NCBI RefSeq assembly: GCF_000150275.1
Contig: NW_002060944.1
Span: forward strand, 189,614-253,613
Source: Trichoplax adhaerens
Taxonomy: Eukaryota > Animalia > Placozoa
Direction: 5' to 3'
DNA: 64,000 bases
Part shown: positions 1-14,417 of the stretch, one piece after another
How the letters are laid out: every line of letters starts with the position of its first letter
Numbering within the stretch: position 1 is the first letter of the stretch
Program-made: the position numbers and the translations under genes
The notes under the pieces: model-generated
What the model saw: the letters and a program-made list of their open reading frames with translations, nothing else
Told to the model about the DNA's origin: nothing
Databases searched by the model: none

Positions 1-3000
1 AGTGAACGTTCTTATCATCATCAATAAATTTGCTCTTAACAACATAGTGACCGCGTGCTATCATACCCTTAGGCGCTTCGTCACTAGGGCATAAATAGGA
101 TTGTATTTCTGCTTTTGGCCCATAACTACCAACCATGTAAGATTGCTTGTCAACTAAACATAGGATAGAGCCATGATATAGGTAGGATTTAATTTTATGC
201 CATAAAATTGATGATAAAAGAATGAGTATTATTTTAGGCAATTCGACAAGCACCATGTCATAAATTCATTTTGAAATCAATTCTAGCACTATCCATGCGA
301 TAGAATAAAGTAAAGTACGGGAAAGATTAACGTTACACTTTTCACTAAAATGAAATCTCCATGACTACTTTTACAATTGATCACTCAGCATCATCGTCTT
401 AGTACTGTACCTGAGATTCCCTTACGAGACACAGCATGATGATATCTTAATCCGGATACAATTTCATGATGCACCTGTAAAAAGTCGGATGAAGCATATT
501 ATTTAAGCGAGAGTAACTAAGCAGGAGGTGAATTATACCGTTTACAACATAGAAAAATTATATTTCTGTGTAAATAGTGAATGTATCGTTCAGTAATTAT
601 CGCGCCATGGCTTTTAAGTGTATATAAAAAGGAAAGGCTATGGAACTACAATAATGCAGTAGAAATTCTCATGACTGCATGGGTAGAGAGAGTGAATCGA
701 TTTTCAGATTAACTTGTGATAAATATTTCAAGCGGCAATCATAATGTCTGTATTGATTATTCATGATTTATATATTCGCTACATTCTACTTTGATTTGGA
801 AATTGTTTTATGCTTGTAAAACTATTCTTATACCGTATATATGAACGAGAACGGATGCGAAATCGGTCATTTTGCAAACTGCCCGGGTATTTTGCAAAAT
901 GACAATACGGCAAGATATTTTGCAAACTTCTCTATATTTCGGTTTAATTTTATCGTAAGCAAGTGCAGACGTTGCTTAATAGATTGCGGCAGATACCTTG
1001 AAAAAGATTTTGATTCGATATTCGGTGCCTTCCTTAATGACTATAGTCTTTTCCTTGAGCTCAGACAAGTCACCTGTAGTATACCATCATATTGGCCGTT
1101 TAGTTCCATTAACATTGCAAGAATATGAGCAAGAGAATAGAGGTTATACAATTCAGTATATTAATATATTTCAGTAATAGCTGCTACTATTGATTTTGAT
1201 TATCTTGATAAATACTTCATTCGTAACAATTATAGGCAGATAATTGCAAATATTAATAAATCCAGCAGTAATCTTTTGAAATCGTATAATAAAAGGATCG
1301 CATTACGCAAAGATGAATGATGAACAAAATACTGAAAGTTAAGAATGTAGTATATTACTCCACTAGTAAATTTCCTGTTCAAATGACCAAGTATATATTC
1401 TATACAAAGTAATACATTAAAAGAAAATTTACAACTAGATTATCTTACTATATATACTTCCTACTGCAGGTATTTCATGCTATCAATTATATTAAGGACA
1501 AAAATGGAAAACGGTTTACCTGTGAGATCAAGTTCGATGTCATCGCGACCCTGGACAACTAACCCCATCTTTTCAACAATTACTCTCCGAGCTAAATATG
1601 CAAGCCATAAAAATAATTAGCCGGCTTAATTAAGCAAATGATTATTTCAAGAGATAACGCAGTTCCAATATTAGATTAAGATTAAGGTATAACATAGCGA
1701 AGGAAAATATACGTAATACGTTAAATTATAAGATTTTATGTAATCATTTAATATAGTGTAGATAATACATATACATCTATTGCAGCAATTTTATTGCAAT
1801 ACTTGTATTATTATGTATTAACTTGTGATAATATCCGCCTTAAGGATGTAATAGACGCGGCGTAAATATGTGATTATATGGTAGAAAACTTTATTTCCAT
1901 GGACAAACAGTATCGAAATAAGGCGAAGATTGTATGTATCTTATTTTGTGTATGAAATATTCCACACATTACATTGCTATTTGGATGGGGATTCGTCAGC
2001 GAATGCGATGGGTATATTGCTAGTTACACTAATAATTATGGTCGTATCAAGTCATAAAATATCCCGCTTTCGTTTTCATTTCCGTCGCACTATTTGTTGT
2101 CGGTTAGATACATTTAAGTCGAATCTAAAAATTGTAGATAGTAGAGTCCACGTCTGTCTTAACAGTCTTTTAGTAAAAGGTATCTTTCATTATTTGGTCA
2201 AAATTCAAAAATTTTAGTTGGAGTATCAATTCTAAGCAGATCAGCATTTAAATGCTGATTCAATTAAAATCATGCTGCACAGTTTTAACTATTTTATAAC
2301 AGGGTTAATGTCTCACTGGCGGTCTAGCCAATGGTACAATGGATACAGTGGATAATTTGATGAAGCATATAATATAATTGATGTTAAAACGAAAACCATT
2401 ACTCCTCTAATCCAGTTCGATTGTGTACTAATAACATCATTTTAACTATGTAATTAGGGTCAAAATAGCCGTCCTATAGTACAACAGCATGAATGAATAA
2501 GTGAAGGCTGGACGATCAATTTTGTTGCTTTTTTCCCCATCCAGATGAGTTGAATAATATATAATTTTAATTTAGAATTTAAAAATCATCAGAAAATGGT
2601 TACAATCGAGGGCATAAATATCCAAATTGATGCAATAAATAAAATTGCTTTCAAATTTTTTTTAGGTAATATTAACAAATTCGCGTCATTTTATTAATCG
2701 TATAGTCCAAATCAATGTATTACCAGTACGCACCTAATTCTAGCTAATAACCCAAGCTTAATGACATAGTAGTATAGTATTTACCTAGCCACTCTGATTC
2801 CAGCGAATTATTTGACTATTTAGAACCCTCCATGATGACATCATCTGACACTTCCAGCATTTAATTTTATTATTATAGTATCTACGGAATACAACAGCCG
2901 AAAGTACAATAATCCATTTTACATTCAATTATTAGACAATAGCTGTTTCTATCGGTTTCTTTCCGTCAACATAATTGGAATAAATTATCTTCATTTTTTC

Positions 3001-4157
3001 TTTACGGTAAAGTAGAAGTTAGCCAACTGTTGGCAATAGACTGATAGACAACATATACTGTAGCACGATATGTGTCAGTATGGCTACTGGTATAGTTAAA
3101 ATTATAGTCTTAGCGGGTAGGGTCTCATCAAAAGCCAAAAAATTACTTCATTAAATAATCGAATAAAATGGTTAACGATAGAAAACATATTAAAAAGGGA
3201 ATAAGAACGTTTTATGACTGTAAAGTCGAGGAAAGAAGTACCGTAAAATACTTTTCTATCCAAGAAGTTCTCGAAAAAGAATAGGTCTCAAACCATGGAA
3301 TGGGCGTTTATTATGAAATAATAAAAGATACCTTAGTCAAAATGTCTGTATTTCGAATCGATGCATCTCTTTTTAATGATAGACTAGATTAAAATGTTAA
3401 TTAGTATTAGTTATTACGTACTTTTCCGGTAAAAAGGCAATCGAAGATGAAGGTATAAGAGTTAACTGATTGTCATATGGCACTAGTAAACGTATTATAC
3501 GTGTATAGTAGAAGGGTGTTTATTCCGTTTTACCACTATTGGAACAATTTTGACGGTAGTGGAAATTTCATATAGTTTTATCATTATCATTGGAATAGGG
3601 AATAATTGTAGGATACATATAGTTGGAAAAGGATAAAGATGGTTAAGAATATCCTCAACAATATTAAATGGTAAGTGCAACCCTTTCCTACATTATAACC
3701 TTTCGTATAATTCCAATACCAAACTATTCATTCCACCGGTTGGCGAAATAAATTGAAAATGAATTAATTACCACACCATACTTCTCTGTTCATCGATTTG
3801 CACGAGTAGATTATATCTGGCGAATTTATAGCATCGCTGTACATAAACGATACAGCGTTGCACTTGTATTGACATTATGCTGCTAGGTCAACTTCAAGAC
3901 GAATATATTGACTATTTGCAATATGTATAAAATTTCTGTTAGACTAGTGAATAGGATAAAACATTTTTCTTACGATCATCTTTTGGTGCGGCTGTCAAAT
4001 CTACTCCGGCGAGTAGCGATTGCTTGTATTTTACTAAACTTTCATCATCCGCGTCTAGATTTTTAATTTCATCTAAGGACTTTTGTGCTGGTGCCTTATA
4101 TCCCGGGGTTTCTTCTGGTTCTTCGTTCAATGGTTTAATATTAGATTCTTCGGCCAT
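1..4157 (-). CDS. ARHGDI: Rho GDP-dissociation inhibitor (5 coding exons, 3' end runs off the window)
   Basis: Exons 4157-3974, 1591-1520, 1073-997, 474-411 and 153-1 join in frame via GT-AG: [133 protein letters not shown]. These are canonical RhoGDI motifs. Confidence 0.97.
866..903. repeat. 13-bp perfect inverted repeat in a RhoGDI intron
   Basis: gtcattttgcaaa (866-878) and tttgcaaaatgac (891-903) with a 12-nt spacer; a third attttgcaaa follows at about 916-926. Confidence 0.8.
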
Positions 4158-7100
4158 GACACTTTGATATCAAGATGCGATCTATCAGAAATATCCTACA
4201 ATTATGTGATGGTCCGTCAAGCAATATTGGACAATAAACTGTATCGCAACTATAGCAATCGGTGGCTATATAATCACTTCCCGGTGATTTTATAATCCGT
4301 TGAGATGGTAGTAAAGATTATCGCTACAAAATCTCGTCCATTTGTGTAGTAACAAAGCCATTGCATTGCATTAAAGGTATTTTTATCATTGTTTCATGGC
4401 ATTAGTATGACAATAATATATAAAAGTCCCTAAGGTCTAATGAAAAAAGAACAAGTAGTTACGCGCAGTTCTTGAATTGTAAAGACAAGCTTTTATATTC
4501 TATTACAATGGTCGTCAGATCAATTTTTCACGGTGTTTGTCACTTAATACCGTTAAGATGCCATAGTAACTATAACGTTAATCAACCTCGAAATCTTAGC
4601 TTGATAATTTTATTAAAGGTCAGCATGATCGACTTTAAAGCTGAAAGTAATATAAACACAGTACCTCAAGTTGATTTTGATTTACTAGTCGACACCTTCT
4701 TTAATGATAAAAGTCGTGTTTGTATGTTTAGGTATGCCACCTATAGTAATTAACAAATATTATCAGCGTTTCAGTCAGCTGAGTCATTGAGTAATGTAAG
4801 AAGCAAAGCAAAGGAAGAACTGAAATGCTTTAGCGTAATGATTCCTTATGGTCATGGCTACTTCTTAATATTTTTTAAATAACTGTCTTGATGAAATTTT
4901 TAGTAACAACTGTACACTGTTGATTATAAGTACTAGAGGCTTTGAAGAATATGTCTCAAAATTGTACGATGCAATGATAAAACCTACTGCATTGTATGAA
5001 TGAAAGTATTGGCACTGACAAGCTGCTACAAGTTAAGAATGCTAAGGAGCATCCTTCTTTAAAATTATTGTTGCAACATTATCACCTATGAGTAGTGATT
5101 TATTTGTAAGATTAAACGTGGTATAATGATATTTTTGAAAGCTATCAACATTTTCAATGATTCTAATTGAAGCCAAATATGCTAGGCATAATAATTTACT
5201 AGTCATGTCAAGAAAGCTTATTTTGTGACCATACAAGCTAATTTATGAATCATTTATGCGGCATGTTTTAGAATTAATACTAATTTAATAGTAAAGTTGA
5301 CAGCAAGGTTGCATAAAAATCATATTTAATTCTACAATCTTACCTTCTGTATACCGTATATTTTATTTATAAAGCTGCTGTAGTGATTTCAGTAAGTTGC
5401 AGTCTTACATTATATGGCTAATAGTAATAGCTGGAGACTATTACTCGGTCATTGCAGCTGCAAATACGGCTAATTTCTGCCTAATATTTTAATATTTATA
5501 ATAGAGCTAGTAGGATACCTTACTATGGAGAGTAAAATAAATTATTGATCGATATAAGGAGTTGCTAAGCCATCAATTTTATGTAATAAAATGTTAGCTA
5601 TTACTTCTAGAAGTGATGCTACTATCGACAGGAGTAGTAGCGGAAAATAGAGATTTATTACCAGCATTAAGCCACGGATATGAACGTAGATTTATAAAAC
5701 CGAGATTGTCGAATCTTGATTACCAGAATATAAATTTCTTTTTTTTGTATCTGATTTCTTTAATAAGAAGTATTCCTTCTCTATTTTCTTCTGTATTGTG
5801 GAAGCAATCAGTAACCAACAACAATTTTCTTAGTTCAAAACGATTTCCGTTTCATCGGTGACTATCGTGATTATTTCTGTCTTTGCTTAGTTGAATGTCG
5901 ATGGTCTTTCCATAGATTCCTAAATAATTACTATATGGTACGATAGCAACCCTATGCAGTGAATAATGGAATATAGTAAGCGAGAGTATTCATCGTATGT
6001 CGATATCGACACATAAACCATAACGATAATACTTCACAGACGGAGTAACTTAGGTTATATAGCTGCCAAGTTTCTTTTTTTCCCATGCCATTCAGTACAA
6101 ATAATGTCTTCAATTACCTTAATTGATCCTCTTAATAGTCTAGTATAAACTATACAACTCAAAATTGAGAATTAGTAATTTTAAGACTGTAATTAGTAGC
6201 ATGCTTGAACTAGATAATATTAGTAATACGATAATAAATAATAATATTTAACAATTAGTAATAGAGTAATATATACTGTAGTAAGTGCCGTAATAAATAG
6301 TAATAAAATTACATATTACCAATACGAATATATTTGATTAGTTTGATTAGTATAATGAATTATATGTTGGATCATTTTTATCGATTCGATTTTTATAATC
6401 TGTTATGAACAATTGATAATATACCAATATAGATTAAGCACCAATTCAATTAAATATAATTTAAGCCTAAATCCCCGCCCAAAAACAAGAAGCAATTCAA
6501 ACGAATACGTTTGCAGTAGGTTGATTCGGTTGCTGTTTTAATCTATACACCTCAAGATAGGATTGCAAGATATTTATTATATTATAGTACATTATCTGAT
6601 ATCATAAGAGATGGTAGCGAGCTGCTTTAATAGATGAAAATGATAACCTAACAAATACTAGAGTTCTAATATCATTAGCTAAAGTAGAGTTAACCATATT
6701 TTTTATCTACTGGTACAGCCATGCTTTGATTAATGGTATCTTAAATAATTATCATCAATTCTTTGGATATAACCTCATTATATTATGGCTAAATTGGAGA
6801 AAATACCTTCGCACTAATAATCAGATATCTATCCTTAAGTTGATTACTCATCTTTCTCAGCATCAAAGCATAAGGTAATACAAGCTACTTTGCCGCTTTC
6901 GGAAGTCTTTATCAAAAATTAATGCTTGATCACAAATACTAACGATTGAAAACACGAAAGACGATCCCATCATGTGAATATTCACATAGATTTTCTAATA
7001 GATTGTATAATTTATGAGTACCATGGTCATCATAATCAGTATCAAATTGTTTTAGTTTAGATAGACTTAAAATAAATAGGTGCAGGTCATTACATGGAAA

Positions 7101-7292
7101 TTTGATTAAAGCACTCCATAGAAATATTGCAAGTTGTTTATGTGCGATAGCAAACATGTGGCGATCCAGTTTTTCTTATCAGTTTATCATCCATTAGCAT
7201 TAATATTAACATTAGGAGCATATTAAAAAGAACAACAAAAAAATATTTGCTACCAGGCTAAGGAATAGAAACTAGGCAAATTATAATTTGAT

Positions 7293-10200
7293 CTATCGGA
7301 GACTTGATTTTCTTGGTATTTGGCTTGATCGTGGAGTTGCTGCCTTGATGCTGGGTTTGCTTCCCGGAGAGCTTAAATCTTGATTTGAAACGGCATTCCC
7401 TTTAAGACTTGGTAGTTCCAGCCCCGGTAAAAAATTTTGTTTTATAGCTTGAGAATCATTTATAGACTCTGATGAGACTAAAAAGGAATATTATACGAAA
7501 ATCATGAATAAAGCGGTTATGTAATCACTTTGATCTAATTATACCGTAGATTTTTACAATTCAAGAAATAACTTTCACATAAAGTCTTAGATCGCTATAT
7601 GTTTATAAAATGCTTGTATAAGCAATGTCTAACATGGTTAAACTCATAACAAGAATAGAAACAATTAGATTTCAAGAATTACTTTAAAAGTTAGATCGAT
7701 ATTACCTTCCAGGTCATTAAAGGATCTTGATTTAGATATAGTTCCAATCGTGAATAAGTCCGAATTTCGATTAGGAGTAGGTTGAAAGATTTCACTTGCA
7801 CCTGCATGCTTTTGTCCATTTCTGGAGTGCTTCTCTAATACTGTAAATGGTCCTGTGGATGAGCTGGTCCTTCTTCTCATCAATCTTTCATTATCGTTCG
7901 TAACATGGCCTTTAGGTATATCCCTAATTGGCTTATACTTCAAGGTCAATCTGCTAAGGAAAAATTATCTGTTAATATATCTATGTCACAATTGAATTGA
8001 AGCTGATTTATTTATCGAAAAGCAGCATATCCTATTAACCCACTTTACATTGCCTAATTCTGTGATATTTTAGTATGTTACTTTAGATTTGTAAAGTACA
8101 CTACTGGGAGATTTATTACCGTACTTTAAATAGCAGCCGGTTATAAGCTTGCTATTAGCAGTAAATTACTCAGGAAGAAAAACCGATTAATTAAGTAGTA
8201 AGAGACTATTTAAGATTCGGCCTTGAGTATTCTTCAAAAATAAAAAAATTGGCTATTACCACTCTTCCGGAATAATCACTGCTTGTATCAGGTAGAGTTG
8301 GAATAGATTTAAATTATAATAGATTAAAAAATCATACTTTTTCCGAGGTCGAACTTCAATTGCACTTTCTAAAATCGATTGATATTCTTCAGATTCTATG
8401 AAGCGCCGGTAACTATTCCTCTCCATGAGGTAATAAATTTTTTTCTGTATATCAATCAATATCCACTTGTTTGGATCATAGAGTGATTTATCAATATTTC
8501 TAATATAGCTAGCATCAATATTAATTTGCTGTGGAGATGATGGAGTTAAATATCGCCTTTGCAATAAAATGTAATAGAATCATCATTATTAATTTAAAGT
8601 GGATTCACTACCAAGCATTCATTTTTTTTATTAAACCTCAAGGAATGTAGCAGCAACTATCTACCAGTACTTAATACGTCAATATAATCATATTAAACAA
8701 ATAAGCCGAAATATGAAGTAACGAACCCGTAAATATCATGAACAACACTAGGCACTAGTGCCATTGGCGTATGGTGTATTAAATTTTCACAATCTAGCCA
8801 GAAGCTGTTTAAGAAAAATGCAGAAAGAGTTAGTTGTTACTTGTTATAGTTTGCCGTATAATATCATTCTTTAAGCCTGCAAAATCATAAAATTTACAGA
8901 GAATATTACATAGCCATTCACAAAGAGTCAAATGAATTCAGACTTGACATTTAAGTTGACATGATGCTTAACTAAACACGATACATCTATGTATAAAATG
9001 TGATGGTTATAACAATAAAAATATTAAGGTTTCAGACCAATACTATCTGAGCGTATCGAGAGGGGTAGCTCCTAGTTACTATAAAAAATCTTATCAAGAA
9101 CACTACAACGATCAACGTTATATCAGAGACCTGTTAAGTTATATATTCTACCTATCAGTTCAATTATTAAAAAGGAAAATTTTATACAGCAAACTCATAG
9201 TCAGTAATTTATTTATAATGACTAATATTATATGTCTTACTTTATATTTTCTTCGCTGTGTTCATTGCTAGCAAATTCAATAAAATTGGTCACTCCAATG
9301 TCATCTCGTAGCAAATCTGCTAATGATACTGCCCATAATAAAACTCGACGTTTATGCAAAACTGTGGCACTATCAATAAATTGTATAGGAAAAAAAATTT
9401 ATTACCTAATGATGATAGCTCATAAATCATGCTAAATTTAGAATGAGGTGTTAACATAATCACTAAAGTGATTTAGTTTACTTGCAGTTATGGATTCGAT
9501 AGCATGTAACAATATCATCAATTTCCTATTTTAATTTTATGTAGGTAAAATACTACAGCATATATTTTATATTAAATTGAATTACTTGACTGAATTTAGG
9601 TTCCATTCTGTAATTTTATCAGTAATCCAAGGATTACTAGTTCTAGTAGTCGGTAGGAATGGATCGTAGTCTTTATATTTTTCACAATTGTTGATAACGC
9701 TATCGATAAAGGGAAATACAAAAAGTTACAATCTAGATCTATTTACTTCAAATGGGAGACATATAATAAATACGCAGACTTATTCGTAAATTGAGATAAT
9801 AATATCTCTTAAGTCCGTATGTAAGGCGTTACTTGGTATCTAATCAGAATTGTGGTATTATGATATATTATATATCTGATTATAATACGACTAGCAGCAT
9901 AGAATCTGTCACTAATTAAGTATAAAATATTTTACATTCTTACTGCATCTCTCGAGCGGTAAGTATAGTCATTAATATAGATAATGCAGGCTGTAATAAG
10001 ATAAACTACTGTAAAAGAAATAATAACACACCATGACTGCTACAATGAATGCTAAAATGAATTACCTAAAGTAATTTTATTATGAGGTAATAAGTAAAAA
10101 AATTGTTTACCTTTCTACACCTTTTGAAACTTTCATAGCACAACCTTCAATCATTTTTCGCAAGGCTTCCGCCTGTTTACAAAATATCAATTATAATTAG

Positions 10201-13200
10201 AGGCTATGATGATGGTTTTAAGTACTGTTGAAACGTATTATGTAATCGTAATAGCAATCAATTTAGTGCAGGAATAAGTACAATGCTGCGATAGGCTTCA
10301 GAACGAGCATTGTACGATAAGAAAGTACTGGAATAGTGAGAGTTAATGTTAATAAAGCAAAGAGTGTTTACCTCACTGATTAAGGTCCGTTTAGAGTCTT
10401 TTGGCTGTAACCGCAAGAGAAGAATTGGCGATAGGGACAACATCACTTCCAATTTATTCATTTTGCTAACTTAATAAAGATTGCTGTTATTATTTTTTAC
10501 CAACCGTGGAATTTAATCTTCTAAAACCGGCTTCTGACATATTCGCATCATAAGACTACAACATGTAAGGGGAAAAAAGCAATAAATAATTACTTATCCT
10601 TCGATAGCTGTATCGACTAGAAATTAGCTTATGTAACGATAATTATATAATGATTAGGAACGGTTTAGCTTAGCCAACAGATTACCGGAGGCTGACGAAC
10701 TCTCCAAAAACATCTTTGCTCGCTATAACTTAAAGACCTTTCAGCTTTATTGCGCAATTTGTCCTTTCTATTTGTAACCATGAGAGAATTAGAGTAAACT
10801 CAAGGAATGTAACAGATACAAACATGATAACTAAAAAACAGCTGCATTAATTTAACAAACCTTTCTTCTTCTTTTGCCTTTGAAATAACAGAATTCCAAT
10901 TATATTCTAGTTGACTTTGTAGTTTTACCAATGCAGCCTTGAGTGAGTAGTTTAAAGTGATTGGAATAGTAACAAAGATTAAAAATAGATTATACCCTAT
11001 TTAGAAAAGTAGCTTAATTTTAAACAAAGATGTTGAATTGCTAAATTGTATCTTTGCCAAGGCGAAGGTTGAGTCAGAGAGATTGTACCATTGAGTAACT
11101 TTTGTACAATAGCCGTAACATGATTTTATATATAACTTATCTAGAAATTCACTGATGATGGTGTCTTTGATATTTTACATAATATTAGTAGGTAAATTCA
11201 TACATTTATAATATTATTTAAATATTAATAACTAATATTTACATAGCAATAAAACATAAAATTAGTAGACTTGAATTAAAAGCTTTAGTTCAGCTTTGCA
11301 GAAGAGATGCACTCAGATATTCTGTTGTAAACTTGTGATAACTGAAAGTCGTGAATATTTAGAATCATACCGTAGGTAGATGTCAAGAAAGACTAAACGG
11401 ACGGCAAGCTCATAAAATTTAATTCACTAGCTGTACTTTGATTTCTTCTCGACAAATTTTAACTTGCAACAGATGGGCTAAAGATTTTGAATTATACCGT
11501 TGTAGTAACTTATTCCTAATTATATAAATCATAGTTCACCGATTCATGATTGGATATCCGTTCATGCTTCTGTTTCTTAAGCAGATAAATAGCTAGAAAT
11601 TAAATCCACAAGCCAACGGACTAAATTTTAGTATTAACATTTAATTCAAACTATAACTCATAACAGCTATCAAAAGTCAAGGAATGGCGGTTATTAACAG
11701 TTCATGGCCAAAATAATAAACCAAATATTAGTTAAGAGTACCCTACTATACAATATCTTACCGTAATCAGACAGGTCAATTGTAGGAGTTCTGGTAAACC
11801 ACAAATTAGATGCCTGTTGAATATAATCTAAGTTTAATCAATACAATATAAAGATATGCCGGTATTTACAATAGGTAATTACTACAATTTTCCTCTATTA
11901 AAAAATTTCGTTTAGTTTACGGTATCAAATATCAGTCAAGAATTGCAAATGTCAATCCTATCAAATACTGTTTAGGCTGTTACCACGATGATTTTGTAAA
12001 TTAGGTTAAGTTTGCTTAAAGGATATCATATACCTGAAATCGATAGAACGTATTATCATACTTGATTGCAAATGGTTGTCTGGTTTCATGAGCTGGGTAT
12101 ATGTACCCGTAGCGAGCAAACATGCTAGCGAGATGAACAGCTTCTACTGAAATGGATCAATAATATAAAGATGCAACAGAAATTGAATATTCATCGAAAT
12201 ATAATAAGTCTAATGGATGCAGTATCTCGTAGTGATTAAAATCTTATTAACGTAATTAATAAAATTGTATTATTGATTTAATTCTGAAATTTATGAATTT
12301 TAAATAGCTTAAAGCTAAGAAAGTTTCATTACTGGTTTTCATCCGTACAAGTCTGACTACATACTTGCGGAAACTTATACTTCCTTTAAAAAAGGTTATC
12401 TACGATTACTTGTGTTAAAAATTACTGGCTTCATAAATATAGCAGATGAAAATCTGTACGGAGATATTGCAATCAGGTAAAATGTTTCAAAACGTACAGG
12501 ATAACTAAAAGTATGATCAATAATGTAATTTATCTCGGCCTCTTGTAGCATTAATACGTATTTGATTATTAAAAATGTTGAGTTCAAAAATTTGCAAATT
12601 ATTTCGATTCTTAATCAATGATAAATACATCAGTCTAAATTTTCATCATAACATAATTTGCAAACAGGCCGTAATACTATACGCTTACAATATCCAACTA
12701 CTAGATAAGACGAAAAAGTAGAAGATTCTAGGAATGATGGATGATATACGTACTTTTATATTTCGTATAAAGTAATATTGAAGAAAAACAATGTATAAAG
12801 TATGGTCAACTGGGATATATGAACACTATGCTATCATTCTTAATAATTAGCTAGTATACAACTCAGCGTGGATTTTCATTGCTGACGTATCACTTATCGA
12901 TAGACAGTTAATATTTTGCAATAAAAAAGCCAGTTCCTATTAATTAATTATCAGATATCTAAAATAGACCTGTTTCCTTGAGATCAAGTCGTTTGATTAG
13001 CCAATTGATTAGTTCAGTACCTATTTATATAAATATTACTGTTATTAGAAGATGGACCAGTTATAATCGACTTGGTATTAATGACTTCATTTATTCCGTG
13101 CGTATCACAATCGATATTTTTGGGTTTCTAAATGATTACTTGTACCGAATTCGGTATACCTGTAAAGACACTTGGTATACTGGCAAGGAATAGTTTACGT

Positions 13201-14417
13201 GTTTTGACGGCTAGACCAGTCACCGGATTTTGCATATCCTGAATTAATTTTTCTATCTATCTCCGTCAAGGAAAATAAATCGACCATTTCGAAAGATTAA
13301 AATACTAGCTCCTCAAAATTTGCTAATCATCAATAATTTGCCGATACATTTATATTATGAACTGTGAAAAGTCATAATGTAAGGCTCCTATAACCTAGGC
13401 ATAGCATACGACAACACCTCTTAAAATTGCTAAACGTGTATTTGAGGACAAATATATAATGTCTTAGTTATATTGAAATAATTCGCTTCCATACGAGTTG
13501 AATAGTTTTACGAGTAAACCTTTTGAATTAGCAACAATATAAAGGCTGAAACAGTAGGTAGTAGTTCCAACGTGCACCTTTAACAAATCAATTTCAGATG
13601 GTACCAAAAATTAATCATATCTGTCAAACTAATTTCTCTCGCATGATAAATTAATAGACAATATCTTTACTGTATAGTAATTTACAGCTGCATGTAAGGG
13701 ATTAGTAATGATGTAAGCGGCAATTATAAGATATGATTATTTCTATACATACCTTTACTAAAATTAATTTAAAGTCATAGGTCGGCTGTAATGATACTTA
13801 AAATACTTTCAGTGAATTCAACTCGTTCAAGAATATTTTCTTTAAAATTTTGTATTGAGAAGTTTCAACAATATGATGGCTTTCCATATACAGTAAGCAG
13901 TATGTCTTGAAAGGTGTAACTTTAAAATACCCATGAGCTAATATGGCAGAGTTATTATGACTTGAATACGAAAGATATTGAGGAATAGATTTTATGTGAA
14001 CTAAATAATCCGGTAATACATTATTCATTGACTTAAATATTAACCAAGATAATATCTAGTAGAGATTTTGAATTTTTTCGGTGATATTAGAAGGAATACT
14101 AATTGAAGAGTAACACAGTCAAACATTGAAAAAACTTGCTGAAGTTAAAACTTCATATCGTCAAACCTTTTTCCTAAAAACTTGAAATTTTATGCTTATC
14201 TATTAATATTCTTAATCATATTTTATTAGGATCAGCTTCGTAAAGCTGATAGAAAGGAAATAAATTAATATCAATAATTTTCTAATCAATATCGGTGGGA
14301 TTTCGGGATATAAATATGATGCAGTGCCTATTCTTACGAGCTAAAATAAAAAGCTTTTACTGGACTCAAACTAACCTTTCCACATAGAATTTCTTGCCTT
14401 GAAATATCGGTATCCAT
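7293..14417 (-). CDS. R7-family regulator of G-protein signalling (DEP-DHEX-GGL-RGS; RGS6/7/9/11-like), about 16 exons
   Basis: Exon 1 14417-14376 MDTDISRQEILCGK. DEP exons IEKLIQDMQNPVTGLAVKTRKLFLASIPSVFT (~13256-13160), TELINWLIKRLDL (~13020), EAVHLASMFARYGYIYP..DNTFYRFQ (~12147-12034). DHEX EQRCFWRVRQPP (~10690). GGL MKVSKGVE / YDPFLP..SNPWITD (~10130, ~9640). RGS WAVSLADLLRDDIG..HSEENIK/FWLDCE..QINID..MERNSYRRF (9370-8340). Two tail exons (~7950-7707, 7477-7293) end in KSSLR*. Confidence 0.93.

Noticed and set aside
841-1128. 95-aa plus-strand ORF
   Set aside because: Antisense to RhoGDI exon 3 and its introns; no recognisable protein.
5613-5920. Short ORFs on both strands between RhoGDI and RGS
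   Set aside because: No motif, no consistent splice model; compatible with chance.
6215-6310. taata/tagtaa-rich tract
   Set aside because: Low-complexity AT sequence without a regular unit.
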